Position numbers and translations under genes: made by a program
DNA from: Auanema rhodensis
Taxonomy: Eukaryota > Animalia > Nematoda
NCBI GenBank assembly: GCA_964057225.1
Contig: OZ059897.1
Location: 13,020,001 to 13,084,000 of the forward strand
DNA length: 64,000 nucleotides
Direction: 5' to 3'
In this document: in pieces, positions 40,297 to 51,082 of the stretch
How the letters are laid out: each line of letters begins with the position of its first letter
Position numbering within the stretch: position 1 is the stretch's first letter
The notes under the pieces: generated by a model
What the model was told of the DNA's origin: nothing
The model's input: the letters and a program-made list of their open reading frames with translations, nothing else
The model's database searches: none

Positions 40297-41460
40297 ATGG
40301 TAAGAGTATACTTGGGACGGATCCCTTATCATGCTAGGGAGCGTGATATTGAACGGTATTTTTTTTGCATACTTAATGATCTCAGTTATGTTTTCTCATT
40401 TTTAGTTTCTTTGATGGTTATGGAAGAATACGCGATATCGCTATCAAATATGGATTTGCTTTTGTTGAATTTGATGATGAAAGGGATGCTGAGGATGCTT
40501 GTCATGATTTGAACGGGAAATCTATGATGGGCGATTCGTATGTTTTTGTTTATAACAACTTTAAACCGTTTTGTTTTAGCTCTTTACGTTGTATTGTTGA
40601 AATGGCTAGAGGAAGACCTCGTGGAAGTGATACCTTCAGGTATTCTAAGAGATCCAGATCTCACGATCGTAGACGTCGTTCTCGTTCCAGATCGCGCAGT
40701 CGTGATCGTAAGCGCAGAAGCAAGTAAGTATTCTTGCGATTGGTTCATCTAGGACGTTCACAACAAGTGCCACATGTCATTATTTTCAGGTCTCCTCGTA
40801 GACGTTCTCGTAGTAATGAACGTCGTCGTGGTGGTCGTCGAAGCCCTAGTGAGTCCCCTGAGAGAAGGTATGATTATAGCAATAACTGATATGAAAAGTG
40901 ATGTTTAGACGTTCTCGTTCTCGCAGTGGCTCAGTGGCGCGTAAGAGCAAACGCGACGAAAGCCGTTCCAGAAGTAGAAGTCTCAGTGGATCTCCATCTC
41001 CTAAGAAGTCCAAGAAGGATAATAGTGTTGAGCGCAAGAGTGCCAGTAGATCTCCTATTTCGAAAAAGGTTTGATCTTGTTAAAAACATTAATGTGATAT
41101 TCTATGTGCAGGTAACGAAACGTGATTCCCGCAGTCGCAGTGTGAGCAAGAGCGTTAGCCGTTCACCTGCTAGAAATGCTCGAAGCAGAAGCGGAAGTGC
41201 TGATCGTGAAAGCGGAAGTCGCTCCCCTCCAAGAAAATCCAAGGTTTTTCTTTATAATTATCTAATCAGTTATTTACCTTTTTCCTCAGGATAAGAAGCA
41301 AGTGTCTCGTAGTCGCAGCCCTTCTCCTAGAAAGTCTTCCCGTTCTGTCAGTCGCGATCGCTCAGTTTCTCGTTCTCGCAGTAGATCTCCAGCTAAAGGA
41401 CGTGGCTCTGAACGAAGTGGCAGCGGTTCACCTAACAATGTAAGTGCTGACGCTGACTAA
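40297..41460 (+). CDS. rsp-5: SR splicing factor with a single RRM and a long RS domain
   Basis: MVRVYLGRIPYHARERDIERFF...KYGFAFVEFDDERDAEDACHDLNGK...VEMARGRPRG closely resembles C. elegans RSP-5 as I recall it. There is no second (SWQDLKD) pseudo-RRM. Seven coding exons; TAA at 41458-60. Confidence 0.88.
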
Positions 41461-44215
41461 ACATTTGGGTTTCGCTGGAAATTTGTTTCCACTAGTTTTG
41501 TTATTTTTGTTGAAAATGGGCTCAAATTTGCCAGAAGGCATTTTAATGCTACTCCAAACTTTTTGATCTTTTTGGTAATCTGAGTACACCTTATTAACGT
41601 TACCCCTTGAAGTTGGTAAATAAAACAATTTCCCGGTCTAAGACTATTACCTGCCTAATTGGTTAACTATGTTATTTGTTTATTATTTCAATGTGTTGTG
41701 ACATGTTGTGTTTTTAATAATGTTGTAGGCCGATCTCCTACTAGTTTCGTGACTTCTTATGCAAACATAACTTATATAAAATTGTATCATGTTTAATGTT
41801 ATCTTTAAAGCGAACTGTCCGTGAACTTTACCTTCCGTTCCAACTTCGCAACGCCTTCATGACCAACCACCACAACAACACTATGCAGATTGCACAATGA
41901 CCGCCATCCACCACATCCCAACAACGTTGGCAGTTCCTTTTCTCGTGAATTCTATACAGCGTGACAGGAAAGTCGTCTTCCTATATACAGCTTGGCTGTT
42001 TTTGGCTTTTCTTACCCTCGGACACTTTTGGTGTCCATCGAGTTTTCAGTTTTAAATCCTCATTCGCAATAGCAACGTTATTTTTCCTTGAACCGTAAGA
42101 AATGGGAACACGGAAAACCTCGTCGACAATTTTTGACAATTATGCCGAACTAGCAGGTATTCTAGCGAAATCTTCAGATGTGGCTTGTAAATTAGTTCTC
42201 TGAGTTTCAGATAATTTTTTGGTCTCTTATAACATCTTGATGTTTAGTTTCCTTCGTTTTTCGTCCCTCATCTACATCGTTCATTCGTTTCCTTTTCGGC
42301 TCTGCTTTCTCGATCTCATACTCTTCGCTCTTTGTCTCCGTAGTTTCTCGCTTTTACAAAGTAACCTCTTTCCTCCATTTCTCTAGCAGTCTGCTTTTTT
42401 CCACTTCACCGTCCAACAAAGACCTTCATCTTCTTCGTCTTCCTCTTCCTCTGATATCTTTCGATTTTACTAGTCTCTGCATTTCACACATTCTTTTTTT
42501 CAAACTCGCTAGCTTCTCTGCGGCTACTCGTCTTTCTCTCTTCCCTGGCCTTTGACTGGGCGGGGCTTGGCATCATTCCAGCGGTGCTAGGCGGTGCTTG
42601 TGGTAAGGCCCGGGGGAGGGCCTTGGGGACTCGATCTAACGTCCTGGCTCTGGTCCAACGCCATCAGACGGCCGTACCAGCCGCGCCTGCGGCATCAGAT
42701 GCGACGTCGCTGCGACACCAACATCAGCTAAGATTAGAATTTTCGAACACAGCTGCCATTGCTTCACAGCTTGGCTAGTCGGCGTTAATCGCTGATGAAG
42801 CAGTACCTCTTCTGTGTTAGCTCTAGGCAATATATTTTTGTTCTACTCGTCTCTTAAATTGCTATAACTAGATGTTATACCCATGGATAAAGTTGTGAAC
42901 TAATTACCGTATTCCTTCGCTGTTTCTATGAATAATAATAATTTATCGCTGCAGGTTCTCTATTTAAAGATTCAAATCTTATCCTAAGTCATTAATGTAC
43001 TCATTAAGTTCAGCTCATTAAGCCTAATGATGTCTTTGCCAATGTGTTTTCCCTATTTCAATCTTTTCTGGCATGTTCGTTTTTGATTGAGTTTTTATCA
43101 TTTCACAGTTCTTGCCCAGAGGGATTCATGGAAGTGAAAGATTTTGGCTTGCTTATGATCTCATGTTGTCAAGGTTTTTGCTATATTTGACAAGTTTTCC
43201 TTCTTTCTTCGATCATCACCGAATCTGAATAGTTTTTCTTTGTTAACTAGAAGTCTCTTCTATGGTCTATGTGGTGTTTTGTCTATGTACAGGCTAGTAT
43301 ACTCTCTCGCCTTTCAAACTCTTCCTCTTCCTCTTTCAGTTTTCCTTTTTCTGCAACGAAATAGTACGAGAAGAATGGCCAACGTAGTGCTCTCTTCTTT
43401 TCCTTTTTATTTTTTTACCATATCTTCACGTAATGCTTACCTGCTTCTCTCTCCGTTTTTTGAACAAATATTTCACTTCCTGTCGCCAATCTTGTCCAGC
43501 ATCGGTCTTTTCACTACGTTCGCTGTACCTCAAATGATTGTTCCTGCAAATACAGTTTGTACGGGATTTCTAATCTTTTTTTCTCTTTCCCTCATATTTT
43601 TTTCCAGATATATATATCTGAACATGTCTCTCTCTCCCTTACTCCACACTCTTCACCAGCTCACTCAATTTCATTTTTTGCTCATTGCCTAGTCCTGCCT
43701 CTCGTCGGTTCTTGGTTCTTTATGTGTATCGGTGGATTCACGTTCCATTGTCAACAACTGTCCATTGCGGACCAATTCTTGTGCTCCTGATTGATGGGGC
43801 TTTCGGCTGGGGGTTGGTTCATTGAGGTCCAAGATCATCTCCTTTTCTCTCGTTCTTTCATTTCTCATTCACGCTTTGTGTTTTTTGCTCTACGTCCCCT
43901 ACTCCTATCCGGCTTTCGGCGATTTTGCTAGTTGAGTAACAAATGCCCGGCCCTGGCCCATCCAATAATTTCCTCTCATTCAAGGTGCCACATCTTGTCA
44001 GAACGTTTTTTGAAATTCCACAACAGAAGCAATTTATTTAAATTTCATTTTCTTCTTTCTCTATGGAAAAAAACATAGAACATTCATTCCGTCCCTCCCT
44101 GTCTTTTCAATCATACTCATAGGTTTCCATGTGCGAAACAACGACATCTGTCCATTGGATTTGAAGTTAAGGGGAGGGGCCAGCAGACTCTAGCATTGGG
44201 CGTGGAGACTTAAGT

Positions 44216-44303
44216 GGGCTGGGCTTGGGGAAGGGGGAATTGAATTTCAAGACACAACATACTGACAGGCTGACCGACTGACGAACAGGCATTCCATATA
44301 AAA
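44216..44303 (+). promoter_or_regulatory. G-tract cluster plus TATA box upstream of the acidic-protein gene
   Basis: GGGCTGGGCTTGGGGAAGGGGG at 44216-37 and TATAAAA at 44297-303. Confidence 0.5.
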
Positions 44304-44886
44304 CTGTTGTCATTTTCGATTGTCGCCATAAGTATCAGCGTTGTCGTTTCTGTTATTGATATATGTTGGCCGCTGTCACTGTCAACGTCATGAGAGCATT
44401 GAGCGAGCCATATGCTTACCGGAATAGCAAACTGACATCTTGTATGGAATACGATGAAAACAGATATTTATTCTCCCGCCTTCCCATGCGGGAAGGCGTA
44501 ATTATTATTTTTGTTTTTCGTTTTCTTGTTAAGATTATTTTATCATAACTGTATTAGTTTCGAAATATTTTTTCAGATTTTCGAAATAGCTTTGTTCACT
44601 TTTATCGTTTGTAGTATGTATACTTCGCGGCGTTATTTTTTTTTGCTTCTAACTATGAATGTCAACATGTGCTTTTGACCTTTTCCAAGTTTTATTATTC
44701 ACTTGATTTATATTTACAGATAAATCATGCTACCTTTCATTTAAACTATTTTTTTAAATGTTTTTCTTATGATTGCTTCATTCTTGAATAATAGATTTGC
44801 TTTTATTCCTGCATCGTCTTTTTCTTTAGTTTATTCGTGAAAATAGGATAATTCTTATGTTTTTACGTTTATAGAGGTTCAACACA

Positions 44887-47800
44887 ATGTCCACTGAAGC
44901 CGAAAACGTTCAATTAGCTGAGGAGACACCAGTTGTCGAAGTTCCGGAAGAATCCGCAGAGGAAAGCCGCGACTCTGTTGTCTCTGGCGAAGTTGAGGAC
45001 AAGTTAGTTTTTTTCATTATACTAAGAAAATAATCTGATGGTCATGAAAATGGTCTAATGGACATGAAACTGTTGACTAATCGCGAATGTCAATATGATT
45101 TCGTTTACTGGTGCAGAGTTTCTTTTATTTCTGCAGCTCGTAATTGAATCTGTCGCTGGCAGGTGTTATGTGTGAGGGCTACAACATATCAAACCTTGTG
45201 TGGTGGGACATGTAGTCAAGCTGATCCGTCATTGACCTCGGTTTCTAGTTAAAAATCGAGAGAGAGAGGAGCTAGCTAATCGCAAACATATCCGTCTGCT
45301 CTCTCTTGTATTTGAAATTATTAGCGGGCATCTCTAGATAGATACCCATTTTGGTAAGGTGAGAGGAGCTTAGCGAACGGGAAACGAGAAAGAAGGGCTT
45401 AGAGATTGAGGTAGACACCCCTTATTTTGGTATGAAACCCCTGCCATAAATGACTGCAGAAGGTCGCCTAGTACTGCTGTTACTGCTGTTACTGTACTAA
45501 GTAGATTGATTGTCAGAAACAGTATGACAGATGGAAAGATGAGATGGTTTGGGTACCTTAAGATCAGCTGTCAATCTAAAAAAATATAAATAAAATTTAA
45601 CCTATTATTTGATCTCGGTAAAAGTAAAACATCTAAGGAGGTTATTGTTTGCTTTTCCTCATAATCTCTTTTTGCTATGAATGACTGTCAGAAATCCTCA
45701 TACGGATAATCAAATAAGGTGCGAACATTCAGCATTCAAATATATGAAAAGAGTCATAAATGCGGCATCCTTTGATGATGAATCGTAAGATTTTCTTCTT
45801 AGGTTACTCTTATGAGGCCAAAAAAATTTGTGTTGAAAGTTACGATTGTCCAACATGGAGTTCGTAATTTGAAAAACGTCATGTGCGCACAAATATATAT
45901 TTTGAATGAGGAACAGCTAATGCTGTTAAAGATTGTCTCATTGTTCTCTCGTTCACTCTATTTGCTCTCTCACTCTGAGCCAATCTGATGCATCTTAACT
46001 AGCGTTCCAAGATTGAGGAAGAATGGAGCAGATTTGCCATCTGTCCCGTTGTCATCACCATATCCATAGGTCCACTCAGATACATGTTTGTCATTTTGGC
46101 CATAAATAGCAGCTTGGGGCTTTCTTTCTATCTTCCTCTCTTTTCTCATTGATCATAACCTCATTGAATGAGAGGTCGGCGCATACAACTGAAACGAATT
46201 ATGACAACACCGTTTTGAGTGGAATGTATAGCATAGGATAAAACAAGAACGAACAAGTTGAGATTGGGAACAAACATGTCTTCATTTTCCAATTTGTCTG
46301 CTTCGTCTTCGTACTACTTGCCGCCTTTCCTTGTCATCCGTTCCTCCTTCTTTGATGTTAGGTCTTAATAAACTTGGCATAGATTCAGCCACTCTATTGT
46401 CGTTTTTCTCTCTGACGCAATAGTTAGACCACAAAATTATAAGAAAATGAGGTTGAAGAAAAACGAGGACAGCACCTTTTTGATATAAAAAACTCGTTTG
46501 GGTCAACCATTCGTGTGCCTTCTACTTTATGAGGTTCGCTACCTTCCTCTTTACTATCGTGTCTAGCTCATCGAATCATTATCGTTGATGTGTATAGGTA
46601 TATCTGTTTCTCTTCTGCGCACTCCTTCTGATGGTGTGCAAATCGCTTGTGTCGAATAACGAGGACGTTCCGAAGACGCTTTCCGTTGACGTCGTCGCCG
46701 CCAACGTCGTTGGCCTCTATCTGCATCACTACGACAACGACTAACACCAGCACCGATGTCAGTCCGTCCTCGACTTTTGTGCGTCTCTCTTCTTTTTCAT
46801 CTGATTTGTCTTTTTGAATTCTAAGTCTCAGATACAAACATCATTCGTGTTCGACAACAGTTCTCTTTTCGAGGTCAGATAAGTAGTGGGTGATGGTGTA
46901 AGATGAAGAAGTATAAACGACAAGCGTCATCGAATTAAAACACGCTGTTCCAAACTCAATAATTTTCAATTTGATTACGCCAAAATGTTAGGAGAATAAA
47001 ACATTTAGAAATATTATAAATGTCACAATATACACTTTTCACACTTTAAATCGGAGATTATATCATTTTTTGGTTTAAAGAGCGAAGAAATTGGCTTTAA
47101 TGTCAACTTTGACATCTATCATCTTGCTTTTATTTACCGCAAGTTGTTAGCCAATAAGTAAATTGAAAAAAAACAGTATAAATGGGATTATAGCCTGATT
47201 TATACAAGGCGAAAATGCACAATCGTTCACTAAATAGAATATTAACTTAGTTGTTAAATGTTTTAAAATCTAAACAAACAGGGTTATATTTGACTAATAG
47301 AAATGTCTCTTTTTCTTTTTTGGTTATATAATTTTTTCCATTTTAGGTCCGTTTCCGGATCTGAGGACAAGAGTGCTGAATCTGAAGGTGTTGAAGATGA
47401 GGATGGAGCTGAGAACGATGAAGACGACGAGACTCCTGAAAATCCTGAGAGTGTTGAAAACATCAAGGCTTCTTTGAACGCTGAAGTTGAGGTTGAAGAG
47501 AATGGAAACGAAATCAAGGATAGCAACGGCAATGTAAGTTGAAAATTTAAAAATGCGATACTGTAACGGCGGCGTATATAACAACAATAATGGCTGTGGA
47601 TTCGTAAAGAAGGCCAGCTGGCCATTGAAAAGTGAAGCATGATATATATGTTCAGTACTGCAACATTGAAATGTTTTATACTTTCCTCGATAGCAAAATC
47701 TTGATTGACATTTTGATTTAAAATCTTCGAAATAATAAATCGCTCGTTGGGAAGTATTCAGAACTTGTTTTAAACCTAAAACCAACTATTATATTGTTCT

Positions 47801-48861
47801 AAACAGTGATTTTACAGGACCGCAAGCGTGTTTCGGACGCTCATGAAGCCGCTGAAGGTGACGAAGAAGCTCCAGTCTGCAAGAAGAAGAAGACTGATGA
47901 CGACGAGGTTAGTTATTTGATCTTCACCAAAACATTCGATCAAAACAATTATATACATGTGAAAGTTCGCATGAACTATTCTTATTGTCTTGCGCAGTAT
48001 AATCCCACATATCTTCATTTCTTTGACAACTTGTGAAGTGAAGGGCTGTAGTTTTGTCTAATTTCTTGTTTGTGTCAACGTTATTAAATCCAAATTTTGA
48101 TTATTAGATGATAGGATAGAAAGAGCGAATTGTATGTGATAAGTGCGTTTTAAAAGACCCAATGTCATTTTAGAATAGTCTGCATGCATTCTTCCAAATT
48201 TTGCCGATTTGCTCACCCGCTTCGTGTTTTCTCTCATTAGTTTATCTATATCTGAGTTATCAAAGTGTATGAGCAATTCTATTCACATATCCCGAATATT
48301 TGGATTCATTATCTCCACCCAAAACTCTGGCCTGCGTTCCTTGCTCTGAATCGTTCACTCTTACACTGACATATTCTTCTTTGTTCACTGCATCTGTCTT
48401 CTATCCTTCATCTGCTCATTTTCCTTATTTGGAATGAAAAAGAGTGTGAGATGATGGAGAGTCACAGGCAGATATAGAAGAAGGTGCCTGATAGACAGAG
48501 AAATAAAGCATAGAAAATGAAGGCGACAACAGATGAGGAAAATGGGGGAAGACATGCAGAGGGAGGTAGGGCTGTAGCCTTCAATGAATCGATGGCCAGC
48601 GACCAACGGTCGCAAGAATTGGCGTTTTCCTGGCAAGCGACCACTGCTTTTGCGATTCAGCCAACTCTATCTCTGAGCCCATAACAGAATATTTTATTGG
48701 GTATATAGACATGGGCATTTATATACAATGAAAATTGACATGTACAAAAACAAATTGTAGAAAAATTAGCTAAATGAATATCAAGAATATGATTATGATG
48801 AATACAACTTTTTCAGGTTGAAACCGTCGATCAAGCCGAAGCTGTTATTTCCGCCGAATAA
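44887..48861 (+). CDS. Small, highly acidic, prothymosin-like nuclear protein (145 aa, 4 exons)
   Basis: Exons 44887-45002, 47347-47533, 47818-47907 and 48817-48861 join in frame. The protein is E/D-rich with no aromatic residues and a bipartite NLS RKR...KKKKTDDD, resembling the prothymosin-alpha tail KR...KKQKTDEDD. Confidence 0.85.
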
Positions 48862-50488
48862 GCTGTAAACTTCAATCAAATACTTAATCGAAAACAACAC
48901 ACTCACCTTCCTATTATCAGTCCAATTTCTTTAAAAATCTGGTAGACCAAACGATCTGCAGGGATGATGACTGCGGTCTCACCCGCCCCCTCAATCTATC
49001 CTTCCCTCTCTTTTGTTGTTAATTTTAATAATTATTATTATAAACCGTTAATTCAGTTCAAGAACTTGTTAGTAACATCATGCAAGTACAAATCAAAAAA
49101 AAAACATTTTCCGGTATTTTCCGAATTTCTTTTACTCTGTCAAGGTTTTGTGAACTCGACATAGAGCGAAATTTTCTAAAACTATTTATTGCGAATTCTT
49201 TTACCATGTAGTTTGCGTGATGCTTGATGCTTGACTATCAGAACTGATTTTCTATCTTGCTTTCCTGGTAGAGTCATCCGTTTACTTAATTATTATCAAG
49301 ATTTCCAAGGAATGGTTTAAGAAGATTTGAAGTCTTGTCAACTCCATTGTAATTCTCGAGCACAAACCTTATTTAACCTATTATTCTGTAATGTTTATCC
49401 GTTATGAGATTTACATCTGACACTTGATGGACGAACTTTTCCAACTTGATTTCCATACTTGATCTTCCTTTTGAATCATTTGGTATCAAATACATTATGT
49501 AGCTTCTGATATCAGTATTGAGTATTTCATCTATTTATGCGTGTTATATCTGATGAGCTACCTCCAACAACGTGTTGTTCTCATATCGTTATAATCATTT
49601 GTCGGATAAACTTAGTGATGCAACTTTTCTTCTTGTTCATTATTAAGAAGATTTAATAAGACATACAATGAACAAAAACAAGCAAATAAAATAATGAAAA
49701 AAAAAACAAAAACAATCAATTTTAAACATTTCATTTTAATTATTTTATATTTAGTAGACAATTCTTTTTTTTTTATTTTCCTGTGTCGTTCTATCATGTT
49801 ATCTTTTCAAAGCAGATTTTCTAGCTTTCAGCGAACTACGCTGTCTTTTAGGGCAGGTTGGTATGACAACAGAGCTCTTTAATTCCAGGGGGGATCTTGA
49901 AAGGCGATTAGACGAATATAAATGAATAGAGAAATAACTAGAGAAATCCAGAGAAACAATGATAACTATTATGAATTATTTTTTGACAAAAGGCAATTGT
50001 CGAGAGTGAGATAGAAAAAAAGGATTTATGAGCTAAATATAATTGTAAGAAATATATTAATAAAATGGAAAGATTCAAAAATGTTTCTCAGTCTAATAAT
50101 AATATGAATAAATATGTTTCATAGTAAAATGGATTTATTAATATTCAGTTGAACAATCTTAGATTAGAAATAATGTGCAATACACATATTTAAATGGAAA
50201 AAAGCCCAATTTCATAAAATATCACAAGCAGGAAGCATTAAAGTTAATTTTAAAAACATATATATATAGTTAAGCATTGCCTATCGGTTTCAGAACTGAA
50301 CTGAAAAATAGTTTTCGAAATTATTATATTTCGAACAAATAAATAAACTTAGTCATTTAAGAAAGAATTAATGCTTTTGTTCTTTTTTAAGACTAAAAAA
50401 AGAAGTAGATGTATTAATCATAATATTAAGTTTGTGTATGTCACAGAAATTTCTCGTTGCGAGAAATAAAAACAAAGAAAATCATGTC

Positions 50489-51051
50489 TCATTCCTCTGC
50501 CAATTTGCTGCTTCCAGCTTCGTCTACAATCACTGTAAACTTTTGCTGTTGTTCAATTGGAGCATCACCCAATAATGGAGCTTTTTTGAGCGGAGAACTG
50601 GCTGAAATGGGAAAAAATGGCAATGTACATGTTTTTCTCTCATTATTATTTTTACAAAAATCAAAACAAATTGATTGTATTTATTTAAATCATTGAAGTT
50701 TAACTTATTTATCTTACCTTCACCTCGGAATTGTATTGCCATAAATAAGATGACGGCCATAACAAGCAAAACTGCTGAGACGGTACAAGCCATCAACAAA
50801 ACAAATAGACAACACGGAGTAAGTTGGCTATATTGGGGTACCTAAACAATTAATATTTCAACTTTATTTCTATAATACGTTAAATATTATTTTTAGATTA
50901 TTATCTTGATCTCATTAATATTTAATATCATATATTCTATATATAGGTTATATTAAACTCTTCACTAGCTTGGGCTTTATACATTAACAACTCGGCTGAT
51001 TTATATTATACCTTATGTTAATTAATACTGATTTTCCTTTAATTAATGGTA

Positions 51052-51082
<31 letters not shown>

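Noticed and set aside
42792-42830. CTGATGA hammerhead-ribozyme core (also near 49550)
   Set aside because: No GAAA follows the putative stem II, and stems I and III are not evident.
43019-43027. TAAGCCTAA, 1.5 copies of the complement of the TTAGGC telomere repeat (possible telomerase RNA template)
   Set aside because: A 9-mer of this composition is expected about once by chance in 64 kb, and I could not identify a pseudoknot or H/ACA end around it.
43240-43692. 150-aa Phe/Leu/Ser-rich ORF
   Set aside because: It has a TTG start, and its composition follows from the pyrimidine-rich tract; no family features.
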